This document shows positions 12,196 to 25,449 of a stretch of DNA of 64,000 nucleotides, in pieces; position 1 is the stretch's first letter; each line of letters begins with the position of its first letter. A program made the position numbers and the translations under genes. The DNA is taken from assembly GCA_964016885.1 (NCBI GenBank), contig OZ024751.1, positions 23,684,001 to 23,748,000 on the forward strand. The letters run 5' to 3'. Source of the stretch: Eledone cirrhosa. Lineage: Eukaryota. The notes below the pieces were generated by a model, which searched no databases, was not told the DNA's origin, and was given only the letters and a program-made list of their open reading frames with translations.

Positions 12196-13395
12196 ATGAA
12201 GATGTTGATAAACTATTTTGTTTTAATTCTGACAGCAACTATATCGCTAGTAAATCTCAGCCCTACGCGCGAAGATAAAATTCAACTACATACTAAGTTG
12301 TTATCCACTTATAACACACAAATAAGGCCTGTTTCGAATTTGAATAAATCTGTCGATATAGAGGTTAAGTTATACCTTGACACACTCTATAATTTCGATT
12401 TTGTAAATAACCGACTAATTGCAAAATACTTCATTTTCTTTTGCTGGAGAGATGAACTGCTGAGATGGAATCCAAAAGATTACCATAACCTCACACGTAC
12501 ATACTTACCGAAAGCTAAGGTATGGACACCATATTTCATAATGTGTAATACAATGAAGGAATCAGACGATAAAGATAGTTTTCCCGAGGTAATCGTTTCT
12601 AATGATGGGCGGATAGAAATGCTGGCAGTAAAATCAGTAGAAACATATTGTGAAATAGATGCTTACACCTACCCATTTGATAAACAGGAGTGCCCAATCA
12701 GCATATCTGTCGCTGTGCACGAACCTCAGCATACCAAATTTGTATCAATTAATTGCGGGGTTTTTGAATTTGAAAATAACTACCAATGGGGTATCAGCAT
12801 GGATGGTCAAGTAGACCCAAAGAACGACAAATACAGCTCCGTAACAGCTACGATGTTCTTACAACGTAAACTCACACTAGCTATTATGGCTATGCTAATT
12901 CCAACTGTAATGATGACAATTTTAACTATCTTTGTGTTTCTCCTGCCCCCTGAATCAGGAGAGAAAGTCTCTTTGGCAACAACGATATTTTTAGCAAATG
13001 TCTTATACCTCGTTCAAATAGATAAAACGACACCTAAAAACTCAAAATCCCCTTCACTTCTGATGTTGTATTTAATGTTGTTATCAATGTGCAGTGGAGT
13101 TGCCACACTTGGTTCAGTGGTTATCAGTAAATTGTATGTAAACCAATCGGCTAAGGAAAAGAATTCTTCGGCTTTAGATCAAAATAATACCAAACCTCAG
13201 GGTAACAAAATTGCTGATGTTTCACTAATTTCCACAGCACAACCTTATCCTGCCATGACACAGGAAAGGTCAAAGTTAAAACAATGGTTCTCTGACTACG
13301 TACGACTGGATGATATATTTCTAAAATTTAGCGTTGTATCAAAAATAATTATTGCAATATTATTTGTAAGTCTGTTGTTTACAGCTCCGCATTAA
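12196..13395 (+). CDS. Chemotactile receptor (CRT-type), paralog 2, 399 aa
   Basis: Same architecture as paralog 1; Cys-loop [15 protein letters not shown]; GEK motif; intact ORF. Confidence 0.93.
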   Translation: MKMLINYFVLILTATISLVNLSPTREDKIQLHTKLLSTYNTQIRPVSNLNKSVDIEVKLYLDTLYNFDFVNNRLIAKYFIFFCWRDELLRWNPKDYHNLTRTYLPKAKVWTPYFIMCNTMKESDDKDSFPEVIVSNDGRIEMLAVKSVETYCEIDAYTYPFDKQECPISISVAVHEPQHTKFVSINCGVFEFENNYQWGISMDGQVDPKNDKYSSVTATMFLQRKLTLAIMAMLIPTVMMTILTIFVFLLPPESGEKVSLATTIFLANVLYLVQIDKTTPKNSKSPSLLMLYLMLLSMCSGVATLGSVVISKLYVNQSAKEKNSSALDQNNTKPQGNKIADVSLISTAQPYPAMTQERSKLKQWFSDYVRLDDIFLKFSVVSKIIIAILFVSLLFTAPH

Positions 13396-13472
13396 GTAAT
13401 TCTAAAATATTGAAAAATTAACCAAACGTACATTCATACATAGTTATTTCAGAGCACCAATAATAATGTCTC

Positions 13473-13568
<96 letters not shown>

Positions 13569-13781
13569 AATTTTAGCACAGCATCAACGAACCTTTTGGA
13601 TGCAGCCAAGCTAACGTATGCAGTTTCGGTGGGCAGCTAAACACTCAATAGGGAATGATCTCTAGAGGTTTAACATTACGTTTAGACAGCTTTGCAAATC
13701 GAATACAGCGACCGATAGACGGGCCGCATTGACCATAGCGACGAAGAAAACCGAACTCAGGAAAAATTAATCACTCGCCCC

Positions 13782-13827
<46 letters not shown>

Positions 13828-14399
13828 ATATATATATATATATAGTAATAATAATCAATTTGAAGACTAAAATCCAAAGAAGGCTCGATAAGGATAAACA
13901 TATATTGTCGTACTACTAATTTATTTATATTATCCTTAACGATCTGAGTTCAAATACCGCCGAGGTTGACTTTGCCTTTCGGGGTCGATAAAATAAAATA
14001 CCAGTAATGCACTGGGTATTTGCTGGCCTTGTGTCAAAAGTAGAAACAATTATCCTTAACTCCGAAGCCTATAATCATTCGGTTCCCTATGTAGAATATT
14101 AGTCTACGACTTCATTTATACCATAAACGTGGTTTTGTCTTTGCGTGTAATTGTTCTCATCGTTCCACATAACGACGAATTATCTTCGCTATTTTCCTTA
14201 ACGGGATCTTCTGAAACTAAAAAAAGCAATCTGTGAACGCAGAAGTAAATATTTCGAAAAACGTTGCAGAAGTACCATCAGACAGATATTAATAATTGAT
14301 ATTTATCAGAAATTGTGTGAAAGGACCTACAACACTCATCTAAGGTTTTATCAAAATTGAATATCTGTAAGTGATTGTGTAATTGACCCATGTATATTA

Positions 14400-14455
<56 letters not shown>

Positions 14456-14692
14456 ATATACAGACACATGTGTGTGTCTGTGTGTGTGTATTAATGTGTG
14501 TGTGTATTTAATGAAATATGTGCAAAGGAGATAATCATTATTGAAAGTTGTCTATATTTGAATTTTCCGTTAAATATTAATTTGTTACCTACTTAGCTAT
14601 GTGTACTTACACTCTACAAATTAAAATTATCTCCTGTGATCGTTTGGTGTGTTTATCTTAAATATATACATGTCAATCGATTTACTTGAATC

Positions 14693-14758
<66 letters not shown>

Positions 14759-14767
<9 letters not shown>

Positions 14768-14828
14768 AATGAATAATAACAGGTAGACATCATATGATTT
14801 CTACCTGTTATTATTCATTCTTTATATA
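14759..14828. repeat. Near-perfect ~70 bp palindrome at a (TA)n edge (copies ~25440-25510, ~38698-38767)
   Basis: TATAAAGAATGAATAATAACAGGTAGACATCAT|ATGATTTCTACCTGTTATTATTCATTCTTTATA, one mismatch. Confidence 0.9.
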
Positions 14829-14966
14829 CACTCCGGAATACAGAAGGATCAGGAACTAAATTTCTTCAACAATTCTTCCATAACTCGTAGAGTAATCTGT
14901 CACCGTGCGTCAACCATATCTAGTGTAGTAATTAACCATTACTACATATTGGATAATCCTATACCT

Positions 14967-15001
<35 letters not shown>

Positions 15002-15583
15002 AACAAGTAAGACCCCGACGGCTGAGCTCAAGCCGTTACGACGGCTAATTCTGGAACGTTATATGGAACGTTTTGACGTCTAACTTATACAGATGCCGGA
15101 GCAGACACTTTAGGACAGGCTTATAACCAATTTGATGAAACCCAGGACTGAAATACCAGCTATTTTCTCAGAGCAGGAAAAGTGAAAAATGAATTTGCTG
15201 CTAGTTCTTGACTAGTGTACTTATTTTATTCATCCTGGACTGATGAATGGTGAAGATGGCGTCGGTTTCGAACTGAACTCATTGTACGAAGAAACGCAAC
15301 GATTTATCCACTAGGTGTGATATATTCTTACAGAGCACGGCACTATGTTAACGCTGGGGCATCCTACATTTTAGCGATATACCTTTATCAATTGCAGTGA
15401 CAGTGTTATCCGAGACGAAGAAAAAAGCATTCCATCTAATACATTTGACGAAGAAACGTAGCGATAAACCAACTAGGTATGGTGTATTCTTTAAAATCAC
15501 GACACTATGTTTTATTTATTGGTATTTTTGTGCAAAACATTTACGTAATTGTGTAATTACATATTCTTTTTTATGTGTTTGTT

Positions 15584-15619
<36 letters not shown>

Positions 15620-15799
15620 AAAGTAAGTAAGTAAAAAATTTTTTAAAAATTTTTTAAAAGATATTTTCTTATTTTACGTCTTTTATATTATTGTTCTGCA
15701 CCCTCCTGCATTGAACCACCTAGGTACTATGACATAACCTGTGTATTTGCTGGCATGGACGTACATCTGTGCGCCTATGTTAGTTGATATATTAAATTA

Positions 15800-15834
<35 letters not shown>

Positions 15835-15839
<5 letters not shown>

Positions 15840-15946
15840 AACCAGTAAGACCCCGACAGCTGAGCTCAAGCCGTTTCGACGGCTAATTCCAGAATTAGCC
15901 GTCGAAACGGCTTGAGCTCAGCTGTCGGGGTCTTACTGGTTCCTAT
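15835..15946. repeat. Perfect 112 bp palindrome (55 bp arms, 2 nt spacer); copies 26519-26630 and 39582-39693
   Basis: ATAGGAACCAG...GGCTAATTC-CA-GAATTAGCC...CTGGTTCCTAT, arms checked base by base; single arms at ~14997-15050, 20867-20925, 25675-25730, 38932-38990. Confidence 0.95.
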
Positions 15947-16022
15947 TACCCACTCTACTACCCCAAGTATTGAGTACTTTGGTGCGTTATGGTCCACCTG
16001 GTTCCTTACCACATTTCCTTCG

Positions 16023-16062
<40 letters not shown>

Positions 16063-16215
16063 TTCACCCCACTATGTCGCATTTCAGGCAAATCTCTTCT
16101 ACTGTAACCTTGGTTTTGGTTCTAATAGGTCTGCTATACACCACTACAGTTCTTATATATTTGATATATATTTCTCGTTATCGAGCCCTCTTTGGATTTT
16201 AGTCTTTAAATTTAT

Positions 16216-16291
<76 letters not shown>

Positions 16292-16514
16292 ATTTATGTA
16301 TGGGTATGTGTCTATATGTATATGTATGTATGTGTGTATGTGTAAATATATATATATGTTTATATATATATGTATGCATATATATATGTATATATATATG
16401 TATATATGCATATGTATATGTATAGTGTAGTTACATAATTTTTATATGTATGTGTGTGTTTTTATTTATATATGAGCATGTATGTATATATGTCTATGTG
16501 TATGTATATGGATG

Positions 16515-16561
<47 letters not shown>

Positions 16562-16662
16562 ATATGTATTTGTGTGTGTACATATGCATGTGTTTATGTG
16601 CGTATATATGTATACATGCATGGACGTGTGCGTATGTGTATATATAAATATATATATATATT

Positions 16663-16711
<49 letters not shown>

Positions 16712-16942
16712 TTATATTTTTTTATTTTTTGCTTCTTTCTTTGCACTTTTATGTATACATGTATGTATATGTTTGTGCATATTTTATGTGTGTATGTGTG
16801 TGTTTGTGTGTATGCGTATATACATAATTGTGTGTTTATATATATATATATGCAGAAATTATGTTTAATTTGTTGGGATTCCAAAAAACTTAAAAGTGTA
16901 TAACTGATATAGAGCACTCAACAGCTACCTGGCGTTTCGAAA

Positions 16943-17180
16943 ACATTAGCAGTACATATGCAAGCGTATAGATAGTGCAAATCTGTTAGTCATGTACAGA
17001 ATAGATAATTAGGAAACAGGCAATGGTAAAACATCTGATGTAATTACATTGAGAAAAATCACAGACCCTCTCTCTGAACTTTACTTTTGTAAAGCAGAAG
17101 AACTGCGAAAACGGTAAAGGAACCAAATAAATATATATATATATTTAAAAATAAGACTCCAGTTGCATTTTCCATTTCAT

Positions 17181-17256
<76 letters not shown>

Positions 17257-17457
17257 TATATAATAATATTATTATTTATTCTTATATAATTATAAACAGG
17301 ATAGGTCAGTAATTCATTACTACCTTATTATCAGTAAGAAAAATAGCTCAATGTAAATACATCAGATGTTTTACCATTGCCTGTTTCCTAATTATCTATT
17401 CTGTACATGACTAACAGATGTGCACTCTCTCTACGCTTGCATATGTACTGCTAATGT
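16943..17457. repeat. Inverted repeat, 111 bp arms (16943-17053 / 17347-17457); copies ~28057-28514 and ~40731-41247
   Basis: ACATTAGCAGTACATATGCAAGCG...TACATTGAG versus its reverse complement, few mismatches. Confidence 0.9.
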
Positions 17458-17813
17458 ACCCGTTTTGCGAGTAACTTTCTGCCTTAATGCCTCTTTAATT
17501 GTTATACTATTCTTTTGTAATCTTTGTCACATCTACTGACACTGATCTTAACATCTCCACTCTGTAAATATGAAACTGTTGATGACAACATTAATATCTA
17601 TGTATCTATATGAGTGTTCTGTCTAATAGGAAGTTAATTATATTTCTAAACTTTGCTAGTGATCCGATGATTCCAAACGAAAGTTTGGAACAAACGATTT
17701 TCATCAATAGAATGTTTTGAACATAGTTTTGATTATTCTGTAATTTATATATATATATATATATGTAATTATGTATTTATATATGTATATTTATATTTGT
17801 ATTTATGTATATA

Positions 17814-17916
<103 letters not shown>

Positions 17917-18192
17917 ACTGTGGCAACTGTCTATTTTTGTGACGTTGTCACCCTTATATTAATGTCTGAAAGCTGGTCACCATTAGTATAGTTCATGAAT
18001 TTTGCTTCAAGCTTTGATTTAGATTGTATTTTCTAACAAGTCTCTCTTTGATTTCAGGTAGACGATTCTTCTGGTTACTATAAAACCTTGTATATCTGTA
18101 ACAGAGACTCATTTCTTCAATAAGAACCTAAGAACTTGAAAACTACTATTCCTGCAGATATTGTTACTGAAATATTCATCTCTCTCTCTCAT

Positions 18193-18226
<34 letters not shown>

Positions 18227-18305
18227 ACTCACTCTCGGTATATATATATATATATATACTCATCCTGTGCATCGAATATTCATTTTGGTGCAGTAATTTA
18301 CGGAA

Positions 18306-18367
<62 letters not shown>

Positions 18368-18667
18368 CCAGACAGACACATACACATATATTCATATATA
18401 ATGAAACACGACTTCCTAAATGATAAAAAAAGGGACTATTTAATATGTTATTATATAATCCTCGTATATGTTAACAATCAGTTCTTATTATAACTTTTAC
18501 TTGCGCCTATAACAGTGACCTAACACTTACTAAATGAAACACATAAAACTTTGACAAATTAATATTTATATTTATTAGAGAAAGTTAATATTTAATGGAG
18601 TGAATTTATATGTATCAGAGAAACATTAATACAAAAACTAAAATTGGCTCGTTTACAAATAGGAAAG

Positions 18668-19867
18668 ATGAAGATGTTGATAAACTATTTTGTTTTAATC
18701 CTGACAGCAACTCTATCGCTAGTAAATCTCAGTCCTACGCGCGAAGATAAAATTCAACTACATACTAAGTTGTTATCCACTTATAACAAACAAATAAGGC
18801 CTGTTTCGAATTTGAATAAATCTGTCGATATAGAGGTTAAGTTATACCTTGACACACTCTATAATTTCGATTTTGTAAATAACCGACTAATTGCAAAATA
18901 CTTCATTTTCTTTTGCTGGAGAGATGAACTGCTGAGATGGAATCCAAAAGATTACCATAACCTCACACGTACATACTTACCGAAAGCTAAGGTATGGACA
19001 CCATATTTCATAATGTGTAATACAATGAAGGAATCAGACGATAAAGATAGTTTTCCCGAGGTAATCGTTTCTAATGATGGGCGGATAGAAATGCTGGCAG
19101 TAAAATCAGTAGAAACATATTGTGAAATAGATGCTTACACCTACCCATTTGATAAACAGGAGTGCCCAATCAGCATATCTGTCGCTGTGCACGAACCTCA
19201 GCATACCAAATTTGTATCAATTAATTGCGGGGTTTTTGAATTTGAAAATAACTACCAATGGGGTATCAGCATGGATGGTCAAGTAGACCCAAAGAACGAC
19301 ATATACAGCTCCGTAACAGCTACGATGTTCTTACAACGTAAACTCACACTAGCTATTATGGCTATGCTAATTCCAACTGTAATGATGACACTTTTAACTA
19401 TCTTTGTGTTTCTCCTGCCCCCTGAATCAGGAGAGAAAGTCTCTTTGGCAACAACGATATTTTTAGCAAATGTCTTATACCTCGTTCAAATAGATAAAAC
19501 GACACCTAAAAACTCAAAATCCCCTTCACTTCTGATGTTGTATTTAATGTTGTTATCAATGTGCAGTGGAGTTGCCACACTTGGTTCAGTGGTTATCAGT
19601 AAATTGTATGTAAACCAATCGGCTAAGGAAAAGAATTCTTCGGCTTTAGATCAAAATAATACCAAAGCTCAGGGTAACAAAATTGCTGATGTTTCACTAA
19701 TTTCCACAGCACAACCTTATCCTGCCATGACACAGGAAAGGTCAAAGTTAAAACAATGGTTCTATGACTACGTACGACTGGATGATATATTTCTAAAATT
19801 TAGCGTTGTATCAAAAATAATTATTGCAATATTATTTGTAAGTCTGTTGTTTACAGCTCCGCATTAA
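18668..19867 (+). CDS. Chemotactile receptor (CRT-type), paralog 3, 399 aa
   Basis: Intact ORF; differs from paralog 2 at six residues by my count. Confidence 0.93.
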   Translation: MKMLINYFVLILTATLSLVNLSPTREDKIQLHTKLLSTYNKQIRPVSNLNKSVDIEVKLYLDTLYNFDFVNNRLIAKYFIFFCWRDELLRWNPKDYHNLTRTYLPKAKVWTPYFIMCNTMKESDDKDSFPEVIVSNDGRIEMLAVKSVETYCEIDAYTYPFDKQECPISISVAVHEPQHTKFVSINCGVFEFENNYQWGISMDGQVDPKNDIYSSVTATMFLQRKLTLAIMAMLIPTVMMTLLTIFVFLLPPESGEKVSLATTIFLANVLYLVQIDKTTPKNSKSPSLLMLYLMLLSMCSGVATLGSVVISKLYVNQSAKEKNSSALDQNNTKAQGNKIADVSLISTAQPYPAMTQERSKLKQWFYDYVRLDDIFLKFSVVSKIIIAILFVSLLFTAPH

Positions 19868-19937
19868 GTAACTCTAAAATATTGAAAAATTAACTAAACG
19901 TACATTCATACATAGTTATTTCAGAGCACCAATAATA

Positions 19938-20090
<153 letters not shown>

Positions 20091-20807
20091 CAAATTTTAG
20101 CACAGCATCAACGAACCTTTTGGATGCAGCCAAGCTAACGTATGCAGTTTCGGTGGGCAGCTAAACACTCAATAGGGAATGATCTCTAGAGGTTTAACAT
20201 CACGTTTAGACAGCTTTGCAAATCGAATACAGCGACCGATAGACGGGCCGCATTGACCATAGCGACGAAGAAAACCGAACTCAGGAAAAATTAATCACTC
20301 GCCCCCCTCTCTCTCTCATTCTCTCTCTCTCTCTCTTTATATATATATAGTAATAATAATCAATTTGAAGACTAAAATCCAAAGAAGGCTCGATAAGGAT
20401 AAACATATATTGTCGTACTACTAATTTATTTATATTATCCTTAACGATCTGAGTTCAAATACCGCCGAGGTTGACTTTGCCTTTCGGGGTCGATAAAATA
20501 AAATACCAGTAATGCACTGGGTATTTGCTGGCCTTGTGTCAAAAGTAGAAACAATTATCCTTAACTCCGAAGCCTATAATCATTCGGTTCCCTATGTAGA
20601 ATATTAGTCTACGACTTCATTTATACCATAAACGTGGTTTTGTCTTTGCGTGTAATTGTTCTCACCGTTCCACATAACGACGAATTATCTTCGCTATTTT
20701 CCTTAACGGGATCTTCTGAAACTAAAAAAAGCAATCTGTGAACGCAGAAGTAAATATTTCGAAAAACGTTGCAGAAGTAAATATTTCGAAAAAATATTTC
20801 GAAAAAC

Positions 20808-20864
<57 letters not shown>

Positions 20865-20955
20865 TATAGGAACGGGTAGGACCCCGACGGCTGAGCTCAA
20901 GCCGTTTCGACGGCTAATTCTGGAATCTATCTACCTATCTATCTCTCTCTATATT

Positions 20956-21028
<73 letters not shown>

Positions 21029-22010
21029 TTATATCCAATCCAGATAAATACATATTTGATTACTCCGGTATGTTTGTTCAAGCCTTGTATAATAAAATTG
21101 TAATATTGTAATAATTATCTGAATAAAATATTTCAACAAAATATTTTTTACTTTGTATAATTTTATAACACACATTTTATAACTCTATTCCATTAAGTTT
21201 GTTGTTCGATGCTCTACTGATTACAGCAACAAAGTAAATAGCAACATCTCTTTTCGTGTAGTGAGCAAGGAGGTGAGGGAAATGAGTCACATTTGTCTCA
21301 AATTTGACGTGATTTTCATTGAATGAATAGAAGCATATAATTTGGTATGTTGACAAATCAATATATAGTAAGAAATATTCCTACACTATCCTGAGATATG
21401 GTGTATATCTTCTCAAATAAAAGATGAATATAAATCGATCACATGCATGGTCCAGTTAGTTCTGAGAGCCTCATATGGGTGCCGTATTCACAGAGGATAT
21501 TTCTAGGTCATGTTGAAAAGCTGGCTGAGCTCATCTCATACAGTCGATTATTTACAGAGAAGGAAAAAAGGTTGAGAGAAGAGAAGTGAGAAAAAAGGCA
21601 CCGAGGAAGACTCGACCCCAGAACTTGACTGTTACTTTTTTTATCGACCTCAAATGGACGAAAGGCTAAGTTGCCCTCGGTGGGATTTGAATTCAGTAAG
21701 CTGAGAGCCGAAACGAATACCGCAGAGTATTCTTTCTAACGACTCTGTCATATGTTTTGTTTTATTAAATATAGCTAAATAGAAGAAAACCCCACTACGA
21801 AATATCTTTGAAGAAAATCAAACTTTCAGAGTATGTTTTACTGACCAAGTTAGTCTCATGGAATAACCAAACGAGGTTTATTTTTCTACATATTCCTAGA
21901 AAAAAAAAGATTTAAAATTAATACATGCAACAGTTTACAGCTCAAGCATATCTCATTCATAGTCAACCTATGAACTTTTCAGCCAACCCTCGTGTATATA
22001 TATTATCTTT

Positions 22011-22046
<36 letters not shown>

Positions 22047-22122
22047 AATAATAATAAATTTGAAGACAAAAATCCATATGTATATATATACAGCGATTCA
22101 TTGCTTAAATTTTAATCTGTTA

Positions 22123-22203
<81 letters not shown>

Positions 22204-22284
22204 GTAATAATAAATTTGATTATTTGCTTAAACTTTAATCTGTTATTTTAATAATATATATATATATTTATATATATATATATA

Positions 22285-22915
22285 CTAGCTGAATTATCCG
22301 CGCCTTGTGCCGTTTCACACATTTTCTCTAAGAAAATGATGATTGATTTTAAATCAGTGACATAATTTATGGAGAAAAACTCTGCATTTCAATGTTACTC
22401 AATGTAAAATGTAATGCATGAAAAACTGCAAAACATTATGTTTTGTAATATATCAAATCTAAATTATATTATTAAATCTTACTCTTATTTTGTGTCTTGT
22501 AGATAATCCTTTTCAAAATATAAATTCAAACCTTTTGTGAATAGGCAACATATCTTGTCATCTACCTATAGTTTACATTTCATATAAATAGAAGGGAAAA
22601 CATTTCAGCCGGGGTTTGTGCCTCCGGGAACCCTAATAGGCGCTTTAACCCCCATTAGGGAGTCGTAGTATTATTGAAATTTGCTGAAATTTTGTGAATA
22701 AACATCATATCCTCTCATTTACCTTTGGTTTAAAATTCATATAAATCGAAGGTTAAGAAGATTCAGCGGGGATTTATGCCCCTGGAGAACCCTTTGAATA
22801 AAATAAAATATACTTATCCAAGTACCCTGGGCAATGTAGTTTCAGAATATATATGGTTATATAACCATAGAAGTAGTTCTAGAACAAACAAACAGACAGA
22901 AATACAACTTTATAT
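22285..22915 (-). mobile_element. Non-autonomous Helitron-like element (copy at ~35581-36213)
   Basis: On the minus strand it begins TATATAAAGTTGTATTTCTGTCTGTTTGTTTG and ends GC-rich ...GGCGCGGATAATTCAGCTAG (CTAG terminus), the layout of Lep1-type Helitrons. Confidence 0.55.
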
Positions 22916-23348
22916 ATATATGTTTATACTTGGGGAGGGTCATATTGTTGTAATAATATTGCCAGAAATAATAACAGAACACACTCACTGTTTGAAAAGA
23001 GTGAGGACCCCGATGGCTGAACTCCGGCCGTTTGGACAGCTAGGTCTGTTCAGACCAAACTGTCCAATCGGCCGGAGCCGTCTTTTGCTATTATCCACTC
23101 CACAATCCTACTTTTTCGACGACCCTTGTAAGTTCTTCTGACGGAAATTGGTAGACTGAATAGAGTAGATTTCTTCCAGAGAAAGATAGAGAGAGAGAGA
23201 AGAAGTGTGAAATAGATATAGAGGAAGAACCTACCCTAGTACTAAGTCACGTTGGCTAATATACTCCTACGTTTAACTAATAGCTTTTGCACTATTTAGA
23301 TTGACGATGAGTTTAACACCATCACCATCACCATCACCATCATTTTCG

Positions 23349-23421
<73 letters not shown>

Positions 23422-23967
23422 TGCCATCACCATCATCACCATCATCATCATTATCATCATCGAGAATAACAACAACCTAATCATTATCCTTGTAGTCAAA
23501 ACAAAGCTAAAAAAAGAAAGCAACAAATCTGTACAAAGGAACTATGGAAAGAAGTCACTAGAAAAAAACGATACCAAGCGACAAATTGATACGAAGATCG
23601 ATTTATTGAATAAGGAAGCGATATAATATATGAAACATCCGGGTTGCTAGAAAACGTATGAGATGAGAGAAAATATATTTAAGCAGCGTTTATTGTTCTT
23701 GACCACATATCATAAGAGTGGTGCTTGTTGGTTTGGGTGGTAATTGTAAATATAAAAATAAATATAAATATATATATACACATATATAACAATACAGATA
23801 CTGACACACACACGCACTCACATGCACACGCACACACATACACACACCCGCACACACACATAGAGATGTATATATATATTCATATAAATATATAGTTTTA
23901 ATACTAGCCCCCATTGCATGCGCGACCATTTTTCTTACCTTATATATATATATTCATATAAATATAT

Positions 23968-24830
23968 AAGGTAAGAAAAATGGTCGCGCATGCAATAGGG
24001 GCTAGTATTAAAACTACCCTAAAGGGCCACATATTCAAATTCAACGAAATGATCTACACCCAAAATGAGGGAGAAGCCATTAGTGTCAGCATAGCTGTGA
24101 CGTTGCCAACCTTTTTATGATATGGTGGGAAAGGAGACTCAAAGATCTCCTTGATGAGAGCTCCATAGACCTCATCATGTACTCTCGTTACGTAGACAAT
24201 ATTAATATAGTAATAAGGACATCCCCACACGAGAGTACTAACAAGTATGATTTAGAATGTAGCACAATGGAAAGCATCCGGCAGATAGCTAACTCCATAC
24301 ACCAGAGTATAACTGTAACTATCGACTACCCTTCCAAACACCCTAACAGTAGACTACCTGTATTAGACACGGAACTCTGGATTAACACTATAGACGCAAG
24401 GCCCAAATTCTCCACTCACACTACGCAAAACCCATGGCCTCCAAAAACCTGATACTCAAAAACTCAGCAATGTCCAGTAGTGCTAAGTTTAATATTGTGA
24501 TCTCAGACTTGGTACGAGTGATGAAGAACGTGTCCCGCATATGCGACCCAACAGAAATGGAAAGACACATCCAACACTTCATCAACCGCATGCAGTTCTC
24601 TGGCCTCAACCAAAGAGACAGAATCAGAGTATACAAAGGAGCCACGGAGAAGTATAAGACCCTGATAGAACTGGACATGAAAGTAATTTGTCCATTATAC
24701 AGGAGCAAATCATGGAATAGCTTAGATAGGGAATGCCACCTCACGGTACGACAATCTGGAGGGAAATTAGCTAACCAGTGTAGAAAGGCTCTGAGAAAGA
24801 CCCGGTTAAAAATTAAAGTGGTAGAAAAGT
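23968..24830 (+). pseudogene. Penelope-like element reverse transcriptase fragment (frameshifted)
   Basis: FKFNEMIYTQNEG.AI, YSRYVDNI (catalytic D mutated), LPVLDT and YAKPMASK motifs spread over shifted frames. Confidence 0.75.
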
Positions 24831-25091
24831 CACGCAAACGCAAACGCATGCGCAGAGAAGAAGACAAAAATAAATAAATAAATAAACAAATAAAATGAAA
24901 ATGGCGTACATATGTCTCCCTCACCATCCTCTAGGGCAGCGTTTCCTCCCTTCTGTTCGCTGGGACCATCAGACAGATATTAATAATTGATATTTATCAG
25001 AAATTGTGTGAAAGGACCTACAACACTCATCTAAGGTTTTATCAAAATTGAATATCTGTAAGTGATTATGTAATTGACCAATGTATATTAT

Positions 25092-25165
<74 letters not shown>

Positions 25166-25400
25166 ATACACACACATGTGTGTGTCTGTGTGTGTGTATT
25201 AATGTGTGTGTGTATTTAATGAAATATGTACAAAGGAGAGAATCATTATTGAAAGTTGTCTATATTTGAATTTTTCGTTAAATATTAATTTGTTACCGAC
25301 TTAGCTATGTGTACTTACACTCTACAAATTAAAATTATCTCCTGTGATCGTTTGGTGTGTTTATCTTAAATATATACATGTCAATCGATTTACTTGAATG

Positions 25401-25449
<49 letters not shown>

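Noticed and set aside
15397-15630. ORFs recurring two or three times (MTVLSETKKK..., MSSAVGVLL..., MKSRRTAK...)
   Set aside because: Recurrence is due to the segmental duplications; non-ATG starts, most run into microsatellites, and no recognisable domains.
24117-24877. Functional or domesticated reverse transcriptase
   Set aside because: Frameshifted and truncated; YVDD is mutated in one copy and the second copy is explained by segmental duplication.
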